This document shows, one piece after another, positions 10,582 to 20,300 of a DNA stretch of 64,000 nt (position 1 is its first letter; the number at the start of each line of letters is the position of its first letter). Both the position numbers and the translations under genes were made by a program. The notes beneath the pieces are model-generated. The model was not told where the DNA came from and searched no databases. It saw only the letters and a program-made list of their open reading frames with translations. The stretch covers positions 210,635 to 274,634 of the forward strand of contig DMXO01000002.1 of NCBI GenBank assembly GCA_003482855.1, given 5' to 3'. Origin of the DNA: Candidatus Magasanikiibacteriota bacterium. Its GTDB lineage: Bacteria > Patescibacteriota > Patescibacteriia > Magasanikbacterales > UBA922.

Positions 10582-12573
10582 CTAGTTCTCCGGGGCGCAG
10601 TACACGCCCTCGTCGTTCCAACCGGTGCAGCCCACGGGGCCGGCGGGGTCGGCCACGCACCAGGGCGCCGTGTAGCAGCAGGAGGTGGCCGCCGTCGGGT
10701 CCGTGGTCGGCGTACCGCCGATCCACATCTCCTTCACGGGCGAGGCCATGCACGCCGCGAACAGCGGGTAGGTCGGCGCGGGCGTCGGCGTGTACACGCA
10801 GGTCATGTTGACGCAGGTGTCGATCGTGGCGCCGTTGCCGTCGTCGCAGTTCGCGTCGATCAGGCACTGGACGCAGGTCGCGTCGCCGCCACCGAGGTCC
10901 TGGCAGACGCCGGTCGTGCAGAGCGGCCCGCTGCTGCAGACGCCGGCCGTGCAGGTGTCGGCCGTGCAGGCATCGCCGTCGTCGCACTCGCCGTCGGCGG
11001 TGCAGTCCGGCACGCAGGCCGGGTCCGCCACGCAGTCGGGGTCGAGGCAGTCGGCGAGGCCGTCGGCGTCGTTGTCGAACGTGTCGGAGCAGGCGGCCTC
11101 GGTGTCGCAGTAGCCCGGGGCGCACATGGTGCAGCCCTGGACGTCGCGGCACTCCATGACGGCTCCGAGCGGACCGCACTCCTCCTCGTCAGCCCACAGG
11201 CCGACCTGCGTGCCCGGGATGAGCGTGCAGATGCGGTGCGTGAGGATGGCGGGGCCGGTGGTCTGCTCGACCTCGACGCAGAGCCCCTTGACCGTGACGC
11301 CGGCCTCGATCTCCTGCGCGGTGAACGTGCAGAAGTCGAGCGTGCAGATCGCGTCCGCGGTGCACACGCCGTTGCCGTCGGGCAGCTCGCAGAGCGAGCC
11401 CGTGGCCATCGGGTCGTGGCTGACGGCGCCGTTGGCCGAGTCGCACGCGTCGAGCGTGCAGGGGTTATCGTCGTCGGTGTCGACGTCGATGCCGACGCAG
11501 AGGCCGGCGACCGAGCAGGCGTCCTGCAGGGTGCAGGCGTCGCCGTCGTCGCAGATCAGGCTCGGCTGCGGAACGTGGGTGACGACACCCTCGATGTCGC
11601 ACGCGTCGAGCGTGCAGTCGTTGAGGTCGTCGATGTCCGACTTGGGCTCCGCCTCGCAGAGGCCGACGATGCACATGTCGTTCATGGTGCAGGCGTCGCC
11701 GTCGTCGCAGGCGAGCCCGTCCATGGCCTCGGTGTCGAAGTCGCAGCCCGTGACCGAGTCGCACGTGTCGACCGTGCAGTCGTTCTCGTCGTCGCAGACG
11801 AGCGACTCGGACTCGCACCAGCCCGTGACGAGGTTGCACGTGTTCACCGTGCAGGCGTCCGCGTCGGTGCAGTCCGTGTTCGACTCGCACTCGACGAGCT
11901 CGCGGCAGTAGCCGACCGCGGCCGGGGTGAGCGCCTCGGGGTTGATGGCGCACTCCTGCTCGTGCCCGTTGGGGCTCACGGGACAGGGGTCCACGATCGG
12001 GACGAGGTGGCAGTTGCCATCCACGTCCAGGTGGGTCACCACGGAGAAGCGGCCGACGTACACCTCGAGCTCGCCCGTGGCCGGGTTGTACCAGAGGTCG
12101 CCGTCCTCGGCCGTGTCGCACGACACGAGGTAGCGGGGGCCGATCGGGCCGTAGCAGTCGGAGCCCGTGATGCCCGGCTGGAACGTGAGCGCCGACCGCG
12201 TGGTCATGGTGCCGTCGCCGTTGTCGATGATGCCGAACTCCTCGTTGAGGTTGATCTGCGCCGTGTTGTAGCGCTCCACGATCGCCTCGTACGAGAGGGG
12301 CTCGACGTTGACGCTGGCGGGGTAGGCCGAGCAGCCCGTGTTGCGGTCGACCATCGGGTTCTCCGAGATCGGGCCGCAGTAGGTGTAGCCCTGGGGCGAC
12401 ACCGCGAACACGTGCTGCACGCTGACCTCGTCGGTCACGCTGGCGTACCACCAGGTCGAGTCGACCTGGAGCTGGTTGGTGGGCGCCTCCTTGTCGCCCA
12501 GGTTCGGGTTGTTGGCCTCGCAGCCGATGATGCCGATGACGCCGAGCACGAACAGAACCGTCGCCTTGCGCAT
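10582..12573 (-). CDS. Cys-rich repeat lipoprotein (CDDGxxCTxDxC, Dicty_CTDC/myxobacterial-type repeats)
   Basis: lipobox IIGC after a hydrophobic leader; many CDDGDACT-like repeats; SD GGGAGG; very high GC3. Confidence 0.8.
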   Translation of the reverse strand: MRKATVLFVLGVIGIIGCEANNPNLGDKEAPTNQLQVDSTWWYASVTDEVSVQHVFAVSPQGYTYCGPISENPMVDRNTGCSAYPASVNVEPLSYEAIVERYNTAQINLNEEFGIIDNGDGTMTTRSALTFQPGITGSDCYGPIGPRYLVSCDTAEDGDLWYNPATGELEVYVGRFSVVTHLDVDGNCHLVPIVDPCPVSPNGHEQECAINPEALTPAAVGYCRELVECESNTDCTDADACTVNTCNLVTGWCESESLVCDDENDCTVDTCDSVTGCDFDTEAMDGLACDDGDACTMNDMCIVGLCEAEPKSDIDDLNDCTLDACDIEGVVTHVPQPSLICDDGDACTLQDACSVAGLCVGIDVDTDDDNPCTLDACDSANGAVSHDPMATGSLCELPDGNGVCTADAICTLDFCTFTAQEIEAGVTVKGLCVEVEQTTGPAILTHRICTLIPGTQVGLWADEEECGPLGAVMECRDVQGCTMCAPGYCDTEAACSDTFDNDADGLADCLDPDCVADPACVPDCTADGECDDGDACTADTCTAGVCSSGPLCTTGVCQDLGGGDATCVQCLIDANCDDGNGATIDTCVNMTCVYTPTPAPTYPLFAACMASPVKEMWIGGTPTTDPTAATSCCYTAPWCVADPAGPVGCTGWNDEGVYCAPEN

Positions 12574-12658
12574 GGGTTAACCTCCCGTGTTGCGCCGTTG
12601 CACGACCTCTCCCTCCCCAGACCTGGGGACAATGCCCTGGCTAAGGGGCGGGAGATAG

Positions 12659-12714
12659 AAAGCACTAGCCACTGACCTGAACAACTTTGTTATTCACTCA
12701 GTGGCTAGCACTTT
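12659..12714 (-). promoter_or_regulatory. 17-bp 5' leader hairpin
   Basis: minus strand aaagtgctagccactga / tcagtggctagtgcttt pairs fully with two G-U; -10-like TATAGT at 12724-12729. Confidence 0.65.
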
Positions 12715-12872
12715 CAAAAATACACTATATTGGATTGAAAGGTACTTCACCACCAAACTTATACAGTTTGATGATGACGATGCCTTTCCCCTCGTCCCCA
12801 TTCAGACACGCGCTTGGTAGCGACGCGTCCGAACAGCGGGGACGAGGGAAGGCGGAAGGACATGCGGCTCGA

Positions 12873-14147
12873 TCAGCCGCCGATGACGTCGGACCAGCCG
12901 AACCAGGTGGTGCCGCCGTTCTGCGAGCAGCCGTGGGCCGGATCGGCCTGGCACTCCGTGGCACCCACCGAGGTGGAGCCGCAGGTGACGACCTCGACCC
13001 ACATGCCGCTGGTGCAGCGGGCGAGCGAGGTGTTGCCCGTGGCCACGAAGTCGTAGCAGACCACGGCACCCTCGGTGCACTCGCTGGCCGTGACGGCCGG
13101 GGCGCAGTGCGCGAGGAGGCCCTGGTAGGGCTGGCACACGGTGCCCTCACCGCAGGGGTCGATCTCGACGCACGTGCCGTTGACCATGGTGGCCACGGTG
13201 CAGACGTTGCCGTCGGACTCGACGCACTGCGGGTCGCCCTCGATCACCTCGATGTGGTGGCAGCCGGAGGCCGCGTCGCACGTGTCGAAGGTGTCGTCGT
13301 TGGCGTCGTCGCAGGAGAGCGACGTGTTGGCGCAGTGGCCGTTGACCAGGCACTGGTCGAGCGTGCAGGCGTTGCTGTCGAAGCAGTCCTGGTTGCTCGT
13401 GCAGAGCTGGCGGCAGATGCCGACGTCGCACCACTGCGACTCGGGGTCACAGAGAGGCGCGAACTCGCACTCCTCGGTCTCCCAGTTGCACGTCGGGACG
13501 ACGCACGGGTCGGCCGACTCGCACGAGTTCAGGCACGCCGGCGGGAGCGACATGTGGCCGCAGTGGCCGGTGGCCTCGTCGCAGGAGTCCTGCGTGTTCG
13601 ACATGCCGTCGTCGCAGAACCCCACGTACACGGGGTTCCCGTTGACGTCGCAGAGGTCGGTCGTGCAGAGGCTGCCGTCGTTGGCGTCGCACACGCCGAC
13701 GTACTCCTCGACGCACACGCGCTCGCCGTTGTCGTCCGCCTTGCAGACGGACCGATAGAGCGGGTCGCTCGGGATGGGGCACGTGTAGGCGTAGCGCTTG
13801 ACGTTCCCCGTCATGTTGTCGCACACGTCGACCGTGCAGGGGTTGCCGTCATCGACGTTGGAGCACTCATGCTCCTTGATGACGCAGGCACCGAGCCAGC
13901 ACGCGAACGGCTCACCGCACTGCACCTCGTCGGTCGCGATGCACTCGCCGTTGGCGCACGTGCGGGTCTCGCAGGTGTCGGGATTCTCGGCGTAGCAGTC
14001 GGCCGACGTGAAGCACGTCAGCCCGACGTCGTCGGGGGTCGGCTCGCGCTGGACGGGCGGGGTCGTGGAGTTGTCGTCCTGGTTGAGGTACGGGTTGCCG
14101 TTGCAGGCCGCGAGGAACGCGAACACGAACAGGATGCTCTTCTTCAT
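12873..14147 (-). CDS. Cys-rich repeat lipoprotein
   Basis: MKKSILFVFAFLAAC lipobox; DDGNPCTVDVC-type repeats; SD GGAGAG. Confidence 0.8.
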   Translation of the reverse strand: MKKSILFVFAFLAACNGNPYLNQDDNSTTPPVQREPTPDDVGLTCFTSADCYAENPDTCETRTCANGECIATDEVQCGEPFACWLGACVIKEHECSNVDDGNPCTVDVCDNMTGNVKRYAYTCPIPSDPLYRSVCKADDNGERVCVEEYVGVCDANDGSLCTTDLCDVNGNPVYVGFCDDGMSNTQDSCDEATGHCGHMSLPPACLNSCESADPCVVPTCNWETEECEFAPLCDPESQWCDVGICRQLCTSNQDCFDSNACTLDQCLVNGHCANTSLSCDDANDDTFDTCDAASGCHHIEVIEGDPQCVESDGNVCTVATMVNGTCVEIDPCGEGTVCQPYQGLLAHCAPAVTASECTEGAVVCYDFVATGNTSLARCTSGMWVEVVTCGSTSVGATECQADPAHGCSQNGGTTWFGWSDVIGG

Positions 14148-14224
14148 CTGGATCTCTCCGTCGGTTGGCCCGCACTCCGTGAGTCGGGCTCTGGTTCTTG
14201 TTCTCGATCTTCTTGCTTGAAGGA

Positions 14225-14833
14225 TCAGTACGCCCAGTACACTCCGGCGCCGGCTTCCTGGCGGTAGAGCGGGTCATCCCCGCCACCGAACCAGCCCGGC
14301 CCGAAAGTGTAGCGCGCCTCGAACCCGAAGTGTTCCCACGGTTGCCATCGCATGGCTACCGAGGCCACGAACGAGTTCACGACGTCGCTGTTCTGGGTCG
14401 TCGACATGCGGTCGTAGCCGATACCGGCGAGGCACTGGATCTTGTCCAGATGCGTCCGGTACGCGGCCTGGATCAGGCCCGTCATGAAGAGGGTGTCGAC
14501 GCCCTGCTCCATACCACCGGTCTCCACGCGCATGTAGCCGAAGTTCCCGAGGAACTCGAGACCGAAGTGCTGGGTCAGGGAGACCCAGCCCATGATCTGG
14601 AGCTTCGGGACTCCGGTCTGCACCTCGCCCGCGCCGCTGAAGTAACCCAGGAGGGCCACCTTGAAGCGGAACGAGTCGAGCTCGTGCGACATGGCGACCG
14701 ACTCGATCGCCGCGCGCGGGATGCGCGGGTCCGGGACCTGATACACGGTCGGCGCGGGCTGGGCCCGCACCGAGTTGGGGTTGAGGAACAGGACGAGGAA
14801 CAGGACGCTCAGGAACAGGTTCGCGCAACGCAT
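14225..14833 (-). CDS. secreted outer-membrane beta-barrel-like protein (202 aa)
   Basis: ATG 14833 with SD GGAGGGAG; signal peptide ending VRA; alternating amphipathic strands; aromatic C-terminus AGAGVYWAY. Confidence 0.6.
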   Translation of the reverse strand: MRCANLFLSVLFLVLFLNPNSVRAQPAPTVYQVPDPRIPRAAIESVAMSHELDSFRFKVALLGYFSGAGEVQTGVPKLQIMGWVSLTQHFGLEFLGNFGYMRVETGGMEQGVDTLFMTGLIQAAYRTHLDKIQCLAGIGYDRMSTTQNSDVVNSFVASVAMRWQPWEHFGFEARYTFGPGWFGGGDDPLYRQEAGAGVYWAY

Positions 14834-15200
14834 CGGACTCCCTCCGTCTGGGTGTGTTCGCAACTCGCGACTCTCGAAACGAAAGACTATAAATGTCCTT
14901 CCGCACTCCGACCCACAAGGCCGGAGATTGGAAATGTGTCTCCTAAGCACTCATACATATACAAAAAATACATTGTATATGCATACGTACTTAGGAAAAC
15001 ATTTGTAAAGAACAAAGGAATTCTTACCCTGTACCTTTATGGTACTAGGGTTATTCCCATTTTCTGACAACATCTGATACAGATATTGTCACAAAGCGGG
15101 TGGGGTGGGGTATCGTCGTAAACAGTCTCAAACTCATACCCCACCCGCAGATGTCCGTGGATCCTCCCGGTTCCTCGGACGTCGTGTCAAAATGCCCTGG

Positions 15201-16691
15201 TCACGGGCAGGTGGCGAGCACCCAGTTGCGGGCGTCGGCGCAGCGGCGGGGGTCGCCGTTGACCTGGCACACCATCTGGGTGTACTCGCTCTTGCCGCAC
15301 ACGATCGTGGCGGCGCCGGTCACGTCGCCCGCGAAGCACTCGACCGCCTTCGAGTCCTTCTCGATGTAGGTGCCCGAGCAGGTGCCCGAAGCGGTCGGGG
15401 CGGCGGCGCCACCAGTGGGGGCGGTCGGGGCGACGGGGGCGGTCTCGTGCACGATGCGGGTCGTGTGGCTGGTGCGGGTCACCGTGTTGTGCACGTTGAT
15501 CTCGCCCTCGGCCGTCACGTCGCCCGCCTTGACCTCACCGGCGCGCACGATGCCCGCCTTGACCTCACCGGCCTCGACCGTCTCGATCGTGACCGGGAAG
15601 GTGCGGGGCGCGGCCTCGGCGGCGAGGCGGGCGGCCTCGGCGGCGGCGGCGACCTTCTGGGAGAAAGCCGCGTCGTCACGGGCCGACTTCACGTCGTCGT
15701 TGCTCGGGTTGAGGGCCCAGAGCAGGAAGAACGTGAGGAGCGCCGCGCTCCCGATGATGCCGGCCATGATCCACCACGGCCGGCTCGCCTTCTCCGCGCG
15801 CTTGGCGTCGTCGTCGCGGACGATCGACGGGTTCAGAGCGAGGAGCTCCTTCACCGTCAGGTCGCCGACGATGGCGTTGCCGCCCGAGCGCCCACCGTTG
15901 GTGATGTTGTCGCGGAGGGCGACGAACACGGTGCGCTCCTTGGGCTCGGCGGAGACGACGGGGGCGACGACGGTCTGCGAGGGGCAGAGCTCCTTCATGA
16001 GCCGGAGGCTCGTGAGGAGGTCGTCCTTGCCCGCGGTGCGCGCGCGCTCGAGGTCCTCGGCGCTGATGGCCGGGACCGTCGTCGTGGTGTGCGCGTCGTC
16101 GTGGCCGTGGCCGTGGTGGCCGCCGTCGTTGGTCTCGCGCTGGGCGAGGACGTCGGCGACGCGCCGCTCGATCCCCTTGCGGGTGAGCGTGGTCATCGGC
16201 TTGCCGGTGCCACCGATCAGCACGAGCTGCTCGGGGTCCGACTCGTCGATGCCGAGCACGTGACCGGTGTTGATCGCGTGCTGCTCGGCGCGGGGGTTGA
16301 GCTCCGCCTGCTGGACCTGCGGACCGCCGAAGACCACGTTGGTCGTGCGGTTGCTGGCCAGGAAGGCGAGGAGGTCGCTGAGGCCGGGCTCGCTGGTGCG
16401 GGCCGAGGCCGGGCGGCGGGGCTCGTCGGTGGACGGCTGGCGGCGGGGCTCGGGCTCGCGGCGGGTGTCGGTGCGGGCCGAGGCCGGGCGGCGGGTGTCG
16501 GCGTTGCTGCCGCGGGTCCGCTCGTCCTTGCGCTTCTTGTTGCACCGCTCCTCGGTGTGCCCGGGCTTGCCGCAGTACGCGCAGGTGACCTGCTCGCGCT
16601 CGGTGGCGGGGGCCGCGTCGTCGGTGTGGGCGGCGGCGGTGTCGGTGGTGATCTCGGGGGCCTGGGTGCTGGGGTCGGTCGCGGTCGTCAT
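15201..16691 (-). CDS. single-pass membrane protein with N-terminal CCHC zinc knuckle and Arg-rich repeats
   Basis: CAYCGKPGHTEERC (CX2CX4HX4C); RRPASART twice; TM WWIMAGIIGSAALLTFFLLWAL; Cys-containing C-terminus; SD GGGAGAG. Confidence 0.75.
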   Translation of the reverse strand: MTTATDPSTQAPEITTDTAAAHTDDAAPATEREQVTCAYCGKPGHTEERCNKKRKDERTRGSNADTRRPASARTDTRREPEPRRQPSTDEPRRPASARTSEPGLSDLLAFLASNRTTNVVFGGPQVQQAELNPRAEQHAINTGHVLGIDESDPEQLVLIGGTGKPMTTLTRKGIERRVADVLAQRETNDGGHHGHGHDDAHTTTTVPAISAEDLERARTAGKDDLLTSLRLMKELCPSQTVVAPVVSAEPKERTVFVALRDNITNGGRSGGNAIVGDLTVKELLALNPSIVRDDDAKRAEKASRPWWIMAGIIGSAALLTFFLLWALNPSNDDVKSARDDAAFSQKVAAAAEAARLAAEAAPRTFPVTIETVEAGEVKAGIVRAGEVKAGDVTAEGEINVHNTVTRTSHTTRIVHETAPVAPTAPTGGAAAPTASGTCSGTYIEKDSKAVECFAGDVTGAATIVCGKSEYTQMVCQVNGDPRRCADARNWVLATCP

Positions 16692-16928
16692 GGTACTCTC
16701 TCCCTAGTCCTGCCCCTGGTGGGGGCGCAGTGAAAGCGCGCCCCACGTTGGGGCTTTGGTAACCTACCGTAGGCCTCGCGACACACGTCGCGTGACCATA
16801 TCCGGATACTGTATATGATCATAGAGATCATAGCCTGTACCCGGATATGGTATTTTATTTTTTTGTAGCTATTTTGACACGAATTCTTGTAAAGAGCGAC
16901 ACTCACCCTATTTTAGGATGAACAGAAG

Positions 16929-16957
16929 ATTATATCATATATTGTGTAGTTTGTCAA
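16929..16957 (-). promoter_or_regulatory. consensus sigma70 promoter upstream of the GC-rich block
   Basis: minus strand TTGACA, 17 nt spacer ending TGa, TATAAT. Confidence 0.85.
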
Positions 16958-17204
16958 GAGATAAAGGCTCTATATTTTCCCTCGGGAGAACAGATATTTT
17001 TTGCTTAATATAGAGAAAAAAATGAAAAACAAAAAAGGCTTTATTGAGCCAATTTTGCTATCACTCGAACACTTGAACACCTAAGCACTGGAGCACCAGG
17101 TCACTGAAGCATTTAAGCACTAGGACATTTAATTACTTAAACACCTATCATAATATGCTTCGGACTACAAAAACCATACAAATTATTTTTTTCTTCTGCA
17201 CTGC

Positions 17205-17270
17205 AACTCACCCCCGTCCCCTCTCTTAGTAAGAGAGGGGTGCCCCGAGTACTCGGGGTGGGGTGAGTTA
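17205..17270. repeat. REP-like multi-hairpin element
   Basis: cccctctctt-agt-aagagagggg and ccccgagtactcgggg enclosed by actcaccc / gggtgagt. Confidence 0.55.
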
Positions 17271-17287
17271 CATAAAAAAAATATAAC

Positions 17288-17318
17288 AAAAAGCTCCCCG
17301 ATGATGAGAGCTTTTTTG
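17288..17318 (-). terminator. intrinsic terminator of the giant gene
   Basis: aaaaagctc..gagctttttt hairpin just after the stop codon. Confidence 0.6.
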
Positions 17319-17329
17319 TACTAACCTGT

Positions 17330-20300
17330 TTATCTATTTCCACCACGTGGTCCACCACCCCGAGGACCGCCGCCTCCACCACCTTTTTTACGCCCGCCTT
17401 GTCCTTGTTGTCCTCTGGCATTATCAGGTCTATTGTCAGGACGCTGACCACGATCCTGTTGTCCAGATCTATTGTCACTACCTTGTTGACCCTGACGTCT
17501 ATCATTCCCTTTCTTTTCTCTTTGTCCCCTATCTCGATTACTTTCATCTGAGCCACCACTCCTATCATTGTTTCTATCTCTACCGCCATTGCGTCGATCT
17601 CTGCCATTTGGTCGTCCACTGTCTCTATTGTTTGATCTGTTTGCAGACCCTTCGCCAGCACCAAGACCGAGATCATCACGAACCTGTTCATCGAGCAACG
17701 AAGCTACATCTATAGACATACGCGTCTGCATATCACGCGCAATATCTCGAGCTTGTGTACGAATAGCATCTGTTGCTTTGCGTAATGATCTATCACCACT
17801 CTCTTGTCCTAATCTTCGCACCAGTTCAAGTGCGGCAAGTTGTTTAGTAGCTTGTTCAAAATCTACCTTGTTTGTCTCTCCACCACGCGCTACATCTGGC
17901 ATCTCAGTACTACCAAACAATAACTCACGCGCCTGATCTCCGTTCAAAGACATCTTACTTACATCAAAAGATAGAGACCCTTTATCTTTTTTCACCCCAA
18001 TAGATCCATACGAACCAAGATTGAAATACGTAGTATCTGGATTTGCTTCAGATGTATCTGAGCCGGTGCCTTCAGCACTACCTTGTGCATGTGCCGTGTC
18101 ATCATCCATTGCTTCTACATCATCTGTCTGCTCTGCTTCATCTTGTGTTTGTGCAGGTGGTTGTGTCTCTACTACAGGAGCAGGAGTAGTACCTGCATCC
18201 ACTCTCGACGTAGAAGTTGAAGTAGTATCTCCCTCTCCAGCGGTAGGAACTTGTTCTCCTTGTCTTGCGCCCTTACGTTCGTACGCAGGACGAGGAGCAT
18301 CCTTCATACCACGAGACACATCTTCGAGTACAGGTCGTTCTCGTGTGGCAAAATATAGAGCTCCTGCTGCGAGCGCACCTCCACCAGCCACAGCATTGAG
18401 CATGGCAAGTCTACCATATGAAACATCAAACGATCGTCCATCTTCCATACCAAGTCTGACACCCTTGCCATCTGGTGTAGGCTCTGCATCTGTAGCACCA
18501 TCTACATGTATATTTGCTTCTTCGCCAGTATTGGTATTACGTACGGGTATATCTGCGCCACTACCAGTCACACGTGGATCTGCCACTGGCTCTACACGCG
18601 GTTCACGCGCGCGAGCTGCTGCCAATTCTTCAAGACGTTGCTGCGCATCTTCAGCCTGTGCTATCTGTGCCAAAGCAAGAGATTTACGATCAAGATCTCC
18701 GGTAGTAGGAGCATACTCATCAGCATCTCCTGTAGTACGCATACCACTGGCAATAAATCTATCTGGACTGCCACCGGTGCTTGTCTCGTTCATACCCATA
18801 TAGACAATTGGTCTACCTGGTTCTGCACGAAGTGGTGTCCTGCCACCTGGTTGATTATCAAACAATTTTACATTATCTGCTAAATAATCATCTCTGTTGG
18901 CATCATGCTGAAGTGCAGAACCGAGGCGTCGGATGAGATCACCACTACGACCACCTGCTGGCTGGTCAATAACCTGCGCTTTGTATTCTGCAAGGAAATC
19001 TGCAAGCGCCTTGTCTGTATCCTGCGGTATACCATCGGGAAATAATTTACCCAAAGATACACGATTGAATCCTTGACTCTGCAAAAATCTCAGTGCCTCG
19101 TCTGTATGCCCTGTCTTCATCATTTCTCCGACCATAGTGAGATCACGTTCGCGTTCAAAATGTAAAATCCATTGTGGATCACGAAACTTTGCCTCGGGGA
19201 ATAATGTATCTTCGCTACCTGTACCATGATCTGTGGCAGACTCAAGTACTGATCGCATAGCATCGGCATTGCCAAGACTCGGGTACGCGGTAACCCACGC
19301 ATCCATTTCTTTTGCTGCCGCAGGTGATAAATGAAATTCTTTTATGATATCGAGACGATCTATATCCCAACGAGCTGACTCGGGCACTGGCGGTACTTCT
19401 ATTGTCTCTGCTCGCGGAGTGGGCTCTCCTGATGGTGGTGCATCTACATCTCTGCCTCCATGTGCACCCACATCTGGTGATGTGTCGTGTGCATGATCTG
19501 CTACTTGAGCGCCTGTACCCGCTGCTGTTCCTGTTTCTTCTGGGATTCTTATGCCTAATTTTTCAAATGCCCATGCTCCAATGTCTTTGCTAAAATAGCC
19601 AAGACCAGCACCAATTACGCCACCGACAACCATACCTTTGAGAGCTCCTGCATGGCGTTTGATGAAGCCACCCTTATCTTTTAATTTATCAATAGTCTGT
19701 TGGCGTTCTGATTTGAGCAAGCTCACATCTGTATCAAGCTCTGCTAAAAGTGCTTCTGCTCCTGCATGTCTCAGGCGTTTGTCGTATGTCTCATATTCAA
19801 TACTGCGCAATACGTTACGTGCGCGCACTCGCAATAGTTCGCTATTGTTCAATAGACCAAGAGACATGGCAACACGAATATCTTTTGCGAGTTTCTGAAG
19901 ACCGGTATCACTTAGGCTTTCAGTCTTCTTGCTATCTATGCCAAGCGTAGACAATGCAAGCTCTGCTTCATCTATACGTCTCTCTACCTCTGTACGCATC
20001 TCTTCTTCACGTGCTCTAATATCTTTCATATTGCCCAGATGCGTTCCCAAATATGCACCCGCAAGTCCAAGCACTGCAGCGCGTACTTCTGGTGCAAAAC
20101 TTGATGCGACACCTATGGCTCCACCAGCAATAGCGCCCATTACTTTTTTGGCTAATTCATTTTGATCAAGTACCTCGCCATCGGCTTTGAATAATGATTG
20201 TACATCGCCACGCTTCAAAGCCATAGCTTTTTGTAATACGCGCATCATGCCAGGATTCTCACGAATGATATCTGCGACTGCGTCTACTGTCTGGCCACTA

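Larger units (their letters stand above)
10400..16800 (-). other. compositionally foreign block of four GC-rich genes separated by AT-rich hairpin spacers
   Basis: line 11401-11460 is 44/60 GC versus about 40% in the flanks; sharp boundaries; no integrase or transposase. Confidence 0.9.

Noticed and set aside
10582-14147. CRISPR-like or DGR-like repeats in the Cys-rich genes
   Set aside because: Repeats are degenerate, in-frame protein repeats; no constant repeat-spacer pattern, no reverse transcriptase and no adenine-specific TR/VR pair seen
10531-16746. Long overlapping ORFs such as 10531-12675 (+), 12687-14267 (+), 15105-16733 (+) and Arg-rich alternate minus frames
   Set aside because: Shadow ORFs expected from extreme GC3 bias; no signal peptides, SD sites or motifs, unlike the chosen frames
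10400-16800. Prophage, ICE or integron-cassette interpretation of the GC-rich block
   Set aside because: No integrase, transposase, phage gene or flanking direct repeat seen; spacers share no attC-like consensus that I could identify
17137-17691. 184-aa minus-strand ORF overlapping the giant gene tail
   Set aside because: Alternate frame of a low-complexity region that runs through the terminator and REP-like element
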